A DNA stretch of 64,000 bases, from positions 34,170-98,169 of the forward strand of contig JBNGIO010006185.1 of the NCBI GenBank assembly GCA_049999805.1. Direction: 5' to 3'. The stretch's first letter is position 1; each line of letters starts with the position of its first letter. Under the pieces are notes generated by a model that was given only the letters and a program-made list of their open reading frames with translations, made no database searches and was not told where the DNA came from. The translations under genes were made by a program, and so were the position numbers. Positions 38,629 through 50,753 of the stretch are shown in pieces. The stretch is from Folioceros fuciformis. Lineage: Eukaryota.

Positions 38629-41137
38629 CGTTGGCGTCGGACTTCGACAAGGTGTTGTTGTCGACACTCGAGCGCTTGCTGGGACCTTGAGGAGGAAGGG
38701 AGCAGCTGAGCAGCTGACGGGGGGAGCTGGCAAATACAGATACACATGCGATTACTTCCCTCGAGCACGAAGTTGCTTGTCACATAGCCTCTGTACTACA
38801 AGGACCAGGCGGGATAGTGCCTTGTACTACATGCTGACCTAGTCTCCTGACCGGGGACGAAAATTGTTCCTCAAGCATGGACAGAAAAGGTCCCTCCATT
38901 AGGGACAGAATTTTCCTATATGAACCAGGGCTGTGTGGTCCGGCTGTGTCATGAAGGGGTTTACGAATGCGTGAGCTCGGTCTTGTGATTGGCATCAATC
39001 TGCTGAGGAGCGGCAGTCCTGTTCACTAGTGAACTCCTCATTGTATTCCCTTGAACCAAGGCGAAGAGGAGTAGTTCTGTTTCTGACTTCTCATGAACAC
39101 TTGTTTGCATTTCCTTATTGATATGAAGTGGAGCAGTTCTGCTTCCTCACCTTTGAGCACCTGATTGCACATTCCCATCAATGTGATCAGGAGAGCAGCA
39201 GCCCTGATGAACTGTGAGCATTTCGTTGCAAGTTCGTGACTCTTGTCTCACTACCGTCGCCTTTTGACTGGCTCCAAGGATGTGTCTAACAGAAGTCGCC
39301 TGCCTGTTGCTTGCCGTACCGGTTACGCCACTCTGAATCAACAGGCCTTCCTCAGTTGGAGCAGCGGTCTTCGGGCACCTTCAACATTGTCCCTGTCATT
39401 GTAGTCCAGGTCTCGATGCTCAACACGGGAAAAGCCGTGGTCTCTCCAACGCGCTTGATGCGCCTTGGCACCATCCTAGCAATGTATGTACCCGATGCCC
39501 TCCTCGTATCGTGGATCAGGTGTATTGGGAAGGTTGTAGTCTATGCTTCACAGTCTCATCTTTTTGTGGGCGATAGGATTTGTCACGAGGAAAGTGGACA
39601 GTCAACTGCACATTACCCTGAAAGAAGTTCAAACAAACACAAGAATCAGGAAAGTGTTTGTACAAGCTGTATCAATGCACTGGAGTGTGCATCCAGTCTC
39701 CCAGTCAGTTATGGCGCTGGAACACAACAAACGTTGCCGTTGAAACAATGTGGTACAACCCACGGGATCCGACCGTTCCGATGGATAAACCAGTCAGCAG
39801 AAGGATCACAACCAGAGTATGCACACCATACATGCTCACAACCCAGGGGAGCCCAGCCAGGTAACGACATCTGTTATCTGTGTACAGTCTGCTTCAGACC
39901 TCACCACCGACTCTTCTCTGCAGGCCGCCACTTATTTATGGCCTCAGATATCATCTGTGCAAACCGGGCCCCAGGTTCATCAAGCCAATGATAGACTACA
40001 CCTGACAAGGAAGGGATGAGGTTGAGGTGGGCATGTTGTCTTCAGCGTATACTACATGCACACAAGGCTGTCCATTGCCGGCGCTTTTGCTCCATAGCCA
40101 TGGCAACTAATAGTGGGTATCTGCCTCGGGGAAGGCTCTCCGGACCACTCAGCTATGGCGGCCCGGCGGATCTTGCTTTCGGTTCAAGGCACACTGGCCG
40201 ATGAACAGCAAGCAAGGGCTGTGCTCCCGGTTCCAGGGCAAGCCTTGAATGCAAGGTTCTCGGGAATCAAAAAAGTGGTCCAGGCTCTGGAGAGAGCTTG
40301 CTTTCAGAGCACGGCATCACGTATGTATTGTCCGGACTCCTATCCCTAAAAGGTGCTCTCCAGCCGACATGACAAGCTCATGGAGCAACAGCAGTGGGCC
40401 CTGCTACAGGGATTGTGCTCCATTCCTGCACCAGATCTCTCTGCTGACTTCTTTCTTGCTTCGATCCGCTTCCATTTCCTCATCCTGTGTACCTCCATTT
40501 TATAGACAGTACACAGTACTCAAAGCCCACATGCTCCCGTCGTGGCAGCACATGGACGCATCTTCCAAGATTTTCTTGATTCCTCAATATTTTATTGTGT
40601 TTGTGGTGAAGCGTGAGCAGCGTCTCTGCTCATCCTGCCCTCTCTTCTCTTCATCTCTCTTCTTCTCAGAAGCCCCTTCTACCCTTCCCCTCGTCTTGCG
40701 CCGGAGAAACGCCACTTTTTTTTCCTTTAATAACTTGGTCCCGAAACTCTGGAAAAAGGTGGATCATATCCAAAAAAACAAAGTTCTTTCAGTACCTGCT
40801 ATCCATGGCCTTAAAAGTGGCAATGTACTACATATATTTCTTGCCTTTCCTAGGGAATGTTTTTTTTTAACTTGTGCGAGATGAAAACTATTATTTATTT
40901 CTATACTTTTAGGAAAAAAATATCTTGGGTATTTGTATAGTATATAGTATGATACAACATATTTATTATAGGTTTATATATATAAGTAATTAAATATATT
41001 TATTTTTGTTAAAAAATGGTTGTAAACTTCCCATTTTTTTTTTAATCCGAAGATATGGGTTTTTAAGAAAAAAAAGGTTTCCAACTAACAATTGATTTTT
41101 TATTTATTTTAAAAATTTTATCTACAACTAGAAAGGG

Positions 41138-41235
41138 AGATAAACCATGATAGCGAGATAAACCATGATAGCGATACTACAGAAATAAACTATGATAGGG
41201 ACACTACTAGGGATAAACCATGATAGGGACACTAG
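41138..41235. repeat. Degenerate GATAAACCATGATAG repeat x4 in AT-rich intergenic DNA
   Basis: Four spaced copies of the ataaac(c/t)atgatag core. Confidence 0.7.
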
Positions 41236-41359
41236 GCTACAATATATGAAAGGGGAAGACCAGGCCCATATTTTTTCTATAGTGAACTGGCTTCGCACAA
41301 GACTTCAAAAACTATTACCTAAGGCTAACTTGATACAATTGCAATCCTCACAATCCTAG

Positions 41360-41432
41360 TTGCTAAGTAGCCTTTAAAGCTAATTGCTAAGTAGCCTTTA
41401 AAGCTAATTGCTAAGTAGCCTTTAAAGCTAAC
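41360..41432. repeat. 24-bp tandem repeat x3 (TTGCTAAGTAGCCTTTAAAGCTAA)
   Basis: Three exact copies. Confidence 0.9.
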
Positions 41433-42391
41433 AAGCCTCTGGCAACCAAAAGGGTGAATGTGAAAGGCCTTTAGTAACCCAAAAGGCTGTGCAATCATCA
41501 ATAATAATATAAAATGTTAAGCTAAAGTTCTAAGAAAGTGTAACCAAATTAAAGTGCCAAAGAAGATGTAACATGCAAGTTTAATTACTCTAAACTTTTG
41601 AACCATCCTCCAAGATTAAAACTTAAACCCTAAACTTGAATGATTTGTCCACTTGCTCTAATGCCCTCGAAGCGATCTTCCTTTCTCCAAGAAGATTGTT
41701 GCAGTTCATGTTAGAAGCCAGCTTCCTTTAGGGAGAAACTTTGAGCTTGCTTCATCTTCAGGTATATTCTCTTGATAGCTGCTTTGCTCACATGTTTGCA
41801 GTTGTAGGACCTCCCTCAAAGTGGTCGGTGTCACCAACTTCCTTCAATTAGAGAACACTCATTTACTTCTTGTTCCTTACAACCAAGTTGCAAGTGAACA
41901 CTAGCTCTTGTTCTTCCCAAGGTCTTACAATGAATGAGGTCATGATACAAGACAAGAAGCCAAGCCAATTTTATCCACAGCACAGAGGTAGTTCTCAAGC
42001 TTGCTTGTGTCCGAGACCGGGCAAGCTTGGGACTCACAAATTGGAACGGGCTAAAGGCTTGCAGAAGCTACCCCCAAGAGCACTTATGAGTGGGAATCGT
42101 ATAGTGCAGTTGGTGAGCAATTCGGATCACTTGGTCACTCTGTGTTGGATGCACAAGTGACAGCAAGAGGTGCCTGCTGATGGTGATTACGGAGCATACT
42201 CACCACTAGAAAGCGAATATTCGCTTTCTCGGCTGTTATTACTCCCTGTAGAGCATACTTGGTGCCACACTACGGAGAAGCTCCGCCTCCTNNNNNNNNN
42301 NNNNNNNNNNNNNNNNNNNNNNNNNNNNNNNNNNNNNNNNNNNNNNNNNNNNNNNNNNNNNNNNNNNNNNNNNNNNNNNNNNNNNNNNNNN

Positions 42392-42568
42392 CCCAATGGA
42401 CGCCTACTGCTTGCGCCCAATGGTCGCCTACTGCTTGCGCCCAATGGTCGCCTACTGCTTGCACCCAATGGACGCCTACTGCTTGCGCCCAATGGTCGCC
42501 TACTGCTTGCACCCAATGGACGCCTACTGCTTGCGCCCAATGGTCGCCTACTGCTTCCACCCCATGGT
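42392..42568. repeat. 24-bp minisatellite (CCCAATGG[A/T]CGCCTACTGCTTGC[G/A]) x7 or more, running into an assembly gap
   Basis: At least 7 tandem copies immediately after the 100-N gap; true copy number unknown. Confidence 0.93.
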
Positions 42569-43016
42569 GCCTAGGGCTCGGACCCACGTCCGCACGACCA
42601 TGGCCCTTGCTTTCAGAGGCCGATCCTCCGAATGCCCTCGGCCAAAACAAGTCCTCTGAAAGCCCTTGGTCAGCAAACCACATGTGTTCGAAACAAAGCA
42701 CGTATGTACTTGCAGGTAAGGAACTGCGTTGATAGTGCCACTTGCAAGCACCGAAGGGTATATCCCGTGTGTTGTGAGGATGGGAAGTAGGAGGAAATAA
42801 ATGCGCCCTGAATGGCAGTATTCAGTGTGGTATATACCACAGGGTCCACAGCCAGACATGATGCGCACACTTCACGGAATCGATAGATTTCCGCTTCTAG
42901 GCACAGCAGGTGGAGTCCCGTGGCTGGCCCCAAGTTTGCAAACCAGCAATTCGTTCCATTTCTCCAGTCCCTGTCACGTACAGAACGGGAGGAGTGGGGG
43001 CACGGACAAACGAACC

Positions 43017-45591
43017 CTAGGACCTGGTCAATGACTCCAGCTGATGTCTGCGATGGATAGCTTCCCAAAAGGCAGGAATGGCCTCAGCGTCAGGGACATC
43101 CTTAAAGGACGGGAAGAAGTTGACGTCCACGATCACATGGTCTCCTGATCCAGATTGCACCTGTAAAATATCCACAACCAGTTTCAGGTCCGATCTGCGA
43201 TGTTTGACCACTGCATGTGTAAGATGTTGCATCAGTACAAGAAGCTCACCACGATATCGAAGCCGATGATAGTGAGTCCCAGCTTGTATTTCAACCAGGT
43301 TGCGACAGGCCTCACGCTCTCCAAGTCAACTTCGTCAACATCCTTCAGTTTGTCAGCTGCTGCAGGCTCTTCGTTTTGCAGGTTTGTTGGAAAGGGCTTC
43401 AAGCTACGGTGACAAACAGAGAAGAAAGAATTAGGTCAGGATAGAAGACCAATTCCTGTCAGAAAGCATCACGGCATAGGCTGTACCTGTCGAAGACGAT
43501 AGCTGCGTCGTGGCTTCCAAGAGAGAGGGCTATGGCTGCAGCATTTGGTGTGGATTTCCGAGGAGAGTAGAAGAGCTTGTTACCGATAACGTAAAACTTG
43601 TACTGCAGCTTTCCATGATCTATGTACTCCTGTCGGCAGGCACTCCCTTGAGAGAGCTGCAATGAAATACCTGGCACCACCAGCCTTGTTTGACTGAGAT
43701 ATGTGAAGATTATGTACCTGGATGGTTGCTGGAACAGGAACTTTCAGGCCTCTGTACCCTTCATTTCGTAACACCACTGCCTGCAGAGAACAAGGAACCA
43801 GATCCGATCATGTTCGTGGATAATCTGCAGTTTGCTCAGAGCAGCTTCCACATCCGGTTCACCACCTCACCATTGTGTGAGCCTCTGAGCTGCCAGACGC
43901 TATTTTTGGTTTCACGATTGTGGGCAAGTTGACTTTAGCCGATGCAAGAGTTTCTACCAGACGTGGATCATCCAGGTTCAAGACCTGCAAAGCAACGAAG
44001 TGTGACAGTCATGGAAAAGAGACGTAGATTGAAACTTTGATCAGATGAAGTACATTGCGCTGTGCCGTTACCTCCAAAGACCTGGGAAGCCGCACGACAT
44101 GGTTCCCCGGGATGGGCAGGCTATTCAGCTCCTTCAACAAACTATGTGTGGCAGAGCGATCCAGAAGAGGAAGGGTTCTCTCCACTGGGTCAATCACTGT
44201 AATGCGAGGGTTGTCCCTCACATACCTGCATTCCACTGAGGATCAACGACCAGTCAATGGAGCAGGTCAGTCAAGTCACAGGGTTCAGCGACTCGGCAGT
44301 GAGCACCTTTGAATCCCCTCAATGCCGTTTGAGAACTTCACCCGCTCAGAGATAGGCAGGGAGCTATTTGGCGAAATACTTGCAATCTCGTCGGTGATTT
44401 TTTGCAGAATGACGTCCACAGGTTCTAGTTGCAGGTCGAGAGGTCGTTTTAATTGAAGAGGAATGAAACTCAGCAAGCTTCCCTTTGAAAGCAGAGGAAA
44501 GGCACCTCTCTGTGGAAACATTGCACAACCGATGGAGACAACAAACGACTTGGAGTTAGGAACTGATACTTCTCATAATGCTCAAGAAAAGCTCCATGAA
44601 CAGCAAGCATTACAAGGACAAACATTACACGTAAGAGGTCTTTCTCTCTGCTCCACTTCATGACGTGTGCCACAACCACAAGATTGGCGCCTAATGCCTG
44701 TGCAGAGAAATCAATAAGCCGAGTGAGTTAGCTTCACAGACATCAGTACTCCAGGAAACACCATTCCTTAACAGCAAATATATACCTTCTTGTTAAGAAG
44801 AGCTAGAGCAGAAGGGAAGTCTTGCAGGTCTTCAATTACCGCAAAACGGCCAGAAACCTTACCTGCGACAATACAGCCTCAAATAAGCTGGCTGCAGGAA
44901 AGCCGCAGGGAAACCCTCAAACCTCCAATCAAATCCAAAAGTTGGCAGTCAAGTACTTCTGGAACCTGAGGACAACTGAACCACATTCCAGCCTTGCTCG
45001 GCAAACACCTCCTCCTGGTTCTCAGCCATATCCACTGACAGAAACACCGAGGACTTGGCAGCAACGGGCCACAAAGCAATAGCCTTCTCAAAACCCTCCT
45101 CCTCCTCCTTCAGCACAATGAGCTCCTTCTTCCATACCCCCGCACCCTTCAGTAAGGCCTCCTGAGGTTCACAAACACAGTCATTTTCCATCCGCCCAAA
45201 GGCCTGACGAATCCATGACACACATTCCCACCTTTCTATCATCGTGACAAGAAGCCGGAAAGTAGATTCCCTGCAGTAAATTCAGAACACCATCATTCAT
45301 CAGCCCGGCCACCGAAACCGCGAGCCACAGCCAAAATGGTCATCATCGACAACCCATAAAAGCAAAGAAAAACACATTCAGCACTGGAACACATACAATT
45401 TGCAAACCGGAGTAGCATAGCCGTAGCACAAATTTCTCCACATCAGGATCCAGCTTCCACTCATCGTCAGGTTCCACAGGAAACAGCGCGCGCCCGTTCA
45501 CAACCACTCCTTCCACAATTGCTTGCTCGACCCGTTCCTGCTCCGAGGAGCAATCGGAGCTCTGCGAGGACCACACCACCGGCTCCGGCAT
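43017..45591 (-). CDS. ITPK4: Inositol 1,3,4-trisphosphate 5/6-kinase 4-like (N-terminal HAD-like region plus ATP-grasp kinase); multi-exon
   Basis: EGVVVNGRALF...LRLCYSGLQI, MKWSREKDLL-RGAFPL, VDVILQKITDEI, VKPKIASGSSEAHTM, QEYIDHGKLQYKFYVIG...RKSTPN, LGLTIIGFDIV, VIVDVNFFPSFKDVPDAEAIPAFWEAI. Confidence 0.92.
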
Positions 45592-45965
45592 TTCGTGCAG
45601 GATGCTCGATTTCGGTCGTGAAGTCTCGCGTCCCTTTCTGCTTTCCCCTGTCGGTTTCGTACAGTTGCTATCAATCCAGCTGCTGGTCTTCCCCTTCCAC
45701 TAACCAAGACCGCCAAGACAAAGTCCAGGCTCTGGCATTAGGACTTCCTAATGCCCGACACAAAACAACGTTTATCCCCCATCACCACCTGCCTGCATAG
45801 CTACCTGGACTAGTCAGCCGTTCCTGAACAGCAATCAACTCTGGTTCACTTAACTTAAAGCTTATCTCAGTGGACGAGCAGTTGTCCGTGTCATGCAAGC
45901 AAGGAGTCCTGTCCGGGTGGCTGGTTCTTGCGATTTGTCTTGGGCAAGTTCTTTGGGCGATTCCG

Positions 45966-48002
45966 ATGCCTATCCAGCAGAATATCAGCATTTCCTCAAT
46001 GCCTGTGGCCAAGGTTTGTGTGAGGAGCAACTTCGGGGTGTGTGGTTGCAGGGCCTCTACATCCACGCAAATGCCTGCTGCCAACTCTGAGGTGAGGATG
46101 CCTGGCGGGGCATCTTTCATCCGACCTCACCTCCTGGAGCTGGCAGCCTACAAGCCCATTGAGCCCTTTGAGGTGAAGACGGTCTACAGAATTTGTTTAG
46201 TGTTGAGACGTCAGCCCTCGTCCTTGGTACTAAGCGTGAGATTGTTGCAATCACCTTCCAGGTGCTGTCGGCTCGGCTAGGCAGGTCTCCCAAGGATATT
46301 GTGAAGCTTGATGCTAACGAGAACCCGTATGGGCCACCTCCGGAGGTTTGTGTCGGAACCCCCTCGATTCAATGCCTGCTCAGTGTTGATTTTCGGGAGT
46401 TGGGTTTTGAGTGGGCATTTTTGGGTGGAGGGTGCAGGTTCTGAAAGCTCTGGGTAGCATGGAGTTTCCTAATATTTATCCAGATCCTCAGACGCGGACA
46501 CTTCGAGGAGCACTAGCTAAGGATACTGGCCTGGATGCGGAACATATCCTTGTGGGATGTGGTGCAGATGAGCTCATAGATCTCATCATGCGGTACGGGT
46601 CGTGTGTTTGGTGTTTTCTGGTTTCTGGGCATCACGTTTTGTTCCTTCTCAGTGTGGAGGATGCACCATTGGGCTTTGGGTGTTTTACCTGGTGTTTCTT
46701 ATGTCGTGAATAGTTGTACTCTAGATGTTGGAGACAAGATCGTGGACTGCCCACCAACATTCACCATGTATGCTTTTGATGCTGCTGTGAATGGGGCCTC
46801 GGTGGTGAAAGGTGCTCACCGGTACATGTTAGCTTGGGAGCTTTTCTGGTCTGTATGCTTCTTTGATGTGAGCTTCTGGGGCATGGCTGACTCTATTCTG
46901 AGCAAAGCTTATCCTCACAATTGGGTGCACGAGGTTGCCTGGACAATTAAATCGTGTGCCTGTTCTGTGCAGTCCCGAGGCTTGCTGATTTCAGCTTGGA
47001 TGTACCAAGCATTGTCGAAGCCGTGCAGAAACACAAGCCCAAGATCCTTTTCCTCACCTCGCCTAACAACCCAGATGGCAGGTGACCGACGTTGCTGTTG
47101 TTCTCTTCTCACCAGTGGAATATCGTCATACTCACCCAAATGCACGAATCTTGCTGTGTTCAGCCTGATCGAGGAGGACCAGTTGCTACAAATCCTAAAG
47201 CTCCCAGTCCTAGTGGTCCTGGATGAGGCATACATCGAATTTTCAACCTCGCAGTCCAGGATCCAATGGGTCTCACAGTACGAAAACCTCATTGTGCTTC
47301 GGACTTTCAGCAAACGTGCAGGTATTATACTACATGCAGTCACCTTGCTCGTCGAACTCTGGATTCATCTTTCTCATCTCCACATCACCCCCATCTCCCG
47401 AGCAGGATTGGCAGGCCTTCGTGTTGGGTACGGAGGGTTCCCACTCAGCATCATCGAGTACTTATGGCGTGCCAAACAGCCTTACAATGTCTCAGCAGCA
47501 GCAGAGGTGGCTGCATGTGTCGCTCTGAAGCACGCAGAATTCCTGGAGGTACAGCTCACTTGGTTTCTTCTCTTACAACCTCCTCTCCTGCTCCTGTCTA
47601 TCCTACACCTGCTCCTCACCCGATGTTGCGCTTTCTTTCAGACAGTGAAAGACGCCCTGGTGAAAGAGAGAGAGAGGCTCTTCAAGAAGCTGCAGGATGT
47701 TCCTTTCCTCACACCGTATCAGAGTCATGCTAACTTCATCCTATGTCATGTGGGTAACGGCAAGACGGCCAAGCAAGTCAAGGTGAGACAGATGCTGGCA
47801 AGTTTACATTCACGTTCCTCCGACCAGCTTCACTCTTCCTATCTCACAAACTGACACCACACTTTTTCAGGCGGATCTCATGAAGGAAGGTGTCATGGTA
47901 AGGCACTACGACAACAAGGAACTGAATGGGTACATCCGCATCTCAGTGGGTAAACCTGAGCATACAGATGCTCTGTTTGCTGCATTTCACAGGATCAACT
48001 AG
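45966..48002 (+). CDS. HISN6: Histidinol-phosphate aminotransferase, plastid; multi-exon
   Basis: Transit-peptide-like N-terminus, then SFIRPHL..LAAYKPIEPFEVLS, KLDANENPYGPP, GCGADELIDLIMR, TSPNNPDG, DEAYIEFS, LRTFSKRAGLAGLRVGY (PLP lysine), YIRISVGKPEHTD. Start ATG is 45966 or 45999. Confidence 0.95.
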
Positions 48003-48426
48003 CCAGACAACTCCTGAATCAAGAGTGTGCACATCTTGGCAAAGGACCGATTGTGAGATATTGCTTGTCGGGTTCTTTGAGTTTTCAGAGTGCCGAGAAT
48101 TTCCTCACACACAGACCTGGTTCACATCTTCATCTATGTGTGTTGAGACCCAAATTTTGGTTTCACACCCTTCTTAATTTCTGACCTCGGGCTTTTTGGG
48201 CTCTTAACACAAGACCACCATTCCACAAACCAACCTGCAGCCGACTCCGTTACACCACCTCCACTTTTGCAGATCCTCTCTCCATCTGCACGAATCGCAC
48301 AGCCTGAATACTTTGAAAGCAGAGAAAGACTCTGTATATATATTTGTACTTACATATTTAATTAACAGATACCTACTTAGGTCTAAGTTTAGCTCTTGAC
48401 CTTGACATGCTAAGATTCAAGCAAGC

Positions 48427-48562
48427 AGAAATATCGGCACTGACCCTAGAGATTGTTTTGGGAGTGTAGAAGAAATATCGGTACTGACCCTAGAGATTGT
48501 TTTGGGAGTGTAGAAGAAATATCGGTACTGACCCTAGAGATTGTTTTGGGAGTGTAGAAGAA
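48427..48562. repeat. 44-bp tandem repeat x3 (AGAAATATCGGTACTGACCCTAGAGATTGTTTTGGGAGTGTAGA)
   Basis: Units start at 48427, 48471 and 48515; one mismatch; no spacers. Confidence 0.93.
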
Positions 48563-49309
48563 GTCCATGCGCAGCCCTTCTATGAAACATGCACAAGTAT
48601 TTGGAAAGCTTCACCATTAAATCCGAAGAGATGCTCTCAGTATTAATGTTATGTATGTTTCTACTTCATCACACAGCTAGTGTGGAAGCACATTCAAGCT
48701 CAAATATTTTGTCTTTTCATGAATGTTTTGGTAAGTATTCACAAGACATTTAAGGTATCTTGTATGGTGAACAAGTGCGGACAACTTCATATGCATTCAC
48801 CTAGTTCTATGTTGAACAACAAGAAAGAGAAAACTTTCAAACTTATGAAGGATACAATTCAAATTACTCAATTTTATGTAGGCTTGAATGCAGACATTCT
48901 AACATTCTTAGCAGACCAGCTTTGTTACATTTTTGGGCTTTTTGAAGAAAAATGCAAAAATGCAAGAGCTTCTCAAGCAGGTACTTAGTCATGTTTCTTA
49001 ACATACAGACATGTAAAATCCGATGGCTAAGAAATGCCAAGCATCCAAGAATCTTTGAAACCATGAAAATTAAGTATCTTAAAATTTGTTTATTAGCTTG
49101 AAGTAGTTTTAAATATATATTTTAGAGTCTAATAAGTGCATGAACATCATATCTTTCTTTGTTATCTCAAATTTAAAAAAATATATTTTTGGAAGTAAGA
49201 AACTTTATTTAACGGATAGTGGTGGGTTGTTGGCCTTGTCTTTGGGATAGCTAGGTGTCTTGTTCATTTTTTAGGCAAAGAGAGAGTTGACTTCTATCTA
49301 TGGTGTTGT

Positions 49310-49640
49310 ACGAGAGTATCTAGTAAGGCTTCCTACTTTTGTAATCCTTATCCTGGTTTATGCAACAAGATCATGATCTTGTGTCACACTGGAGTCTTAC
49401 AAGGCTTTATGATTTTGTAAAACCTTATCTCAGTTTGTACAACTCTTGTATAAGACTGAAGTCTAGTAAGGATTCTTGATTTTGTAGATCCTTATCTCAG
49501 TATGTGCATATCTTGTGTTACACTAGAGCCTAGTAAGGCTTAGTGATTTTGTAAATCCTTATCTTAGTTTGTGCAGATCTTGTGTTACATTGGAGTCTAG
49601 TAAAGCTTAGTGATTGTGTAGATATGATCTCAATTTGTGT
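49310..49640. repeat. Degenerate ~67-bp tandem repeat x5 in an AT-rich, TE-like intergenic region
   Basis: GAGTCTAGTAAGGCTT...TTTTGTAAATCCTTATCTCAGTTTGT recurs at about 49313, 49391, 49458, 49525 and 49592. Confidence 0.8.
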
Positions 49641-50257
49641 AGCAAAGATCATGAATGATTTGTGGTACATTGAAGGTCATTGAGGACAAGGATATCTTCC
49701 CAATGGGAAAGTAATGACCCAATAGAAACAAGGTAAAACATGTAAGTGTGCATGCTTCTTGTGGAACATGCAAGTGTGTTGCATGTTGCATGTTTGAAAT
49801 GAACTAATTCCTCACATCGAGGAGGGATACAAATAGGTGCACGATGGAGGGATAGAGTGTTCTCCTTGGATCCCGCACTCACATACCAAACTTTGATGTT
49901 CTATTACTTCACACCTCACCAACAACTAAGAAATTCTCACACAAGGAAGAGATAGAGGGCAGATAGCTGACACCTACAATGTAGAGACGGAGTGTGCGAT
50001 TACCTTTTCTAGAATCCAAGCAACTCTGAATTTCAATGAGCTCATACAAGCTAAGTATGGAGGAGAGTGCAAAGCAGAACAAACAAAAGGGGTAGGATAG
50101 AAACAAACAACATTGCAGCTCCAAAGGTGGGGATGGGATACACACAACGGAGAGAATCGGTCCATTCAGGATATGGGTATTACAGGATACGGTAGGCGGG
50201 AGAAGTTCTGGGACCGTGAAGGGTCAGTGTCCTTGGCCGAAGCTAAGGTACTTTGAC

Positions 50258-50279
50258 CGGGCCCACGGGTCATGGGCCC
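50258..50279. promoter_or_regulatory. Paired GGGCCC / site II (TCP-type) motifs upstream of the 50754 gene
   Basis: cgggcccacgggtcatgggccc; sequence match only. Confidence 0.3.
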
Positions 50280-50753
50280 TACGTACAGAAGCCGACTGTT
50301 GGTGTCAGGTCACATTAATGTCTGGATTGAAGGCTAATCCCAGGCTCGTCGTCATTCTGTTTTTTTACCATTTCCGTCCATGGCCGGAGGAAGGATGTCG
50401 ATCATCGGCGATCCGTTCACGACCGTCAGCCCTGAAATGGTGCAGCTTCCCCCCTGCATTTCTCATTTCTTCTTCCCTGCAGAAGGAGTACGTAATTTGT
50501 CTGGTACCAATCTCTCTACTAGCAGCACGGAAAGCAAAGCAAAGCAAAGTAGCTCGAAGCTGGCTGGTTTACGCCGGCAGTGCTGCTTGGGCGTGGGCTC
50601 TCTGGTGGGTGGCAGGGATTGCCGTTGTCCCACCGGCCGCCCACCGTCGTTCTGGCACCGTTCTTGCCCAAATTTTGTGACGAGTTGAAGCGACCCTGGC
50701 CGTAGGAATTCATTCGTTTCATACGGGCTTGTGTCGCCATCGCTATTTTCATC

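Noticed and set aside
39470..39550. Minus-strand IDYNLP...YIHC as a DEAD-box helicase motif remnant
   Set aside because: It lacks the HRxGRxGR motif and any other helicase motif nearby.
42392..42568. 24-bp repeats as a CRISPR array
   Set aside because: Head-to-tail minisatellite without spacers.
48427..48562. 44-bp repeats as a CRISPR array
   Set aside because: The units are contiguous with no unique spacers, there are no cas genes, and the context is eukaryotic.
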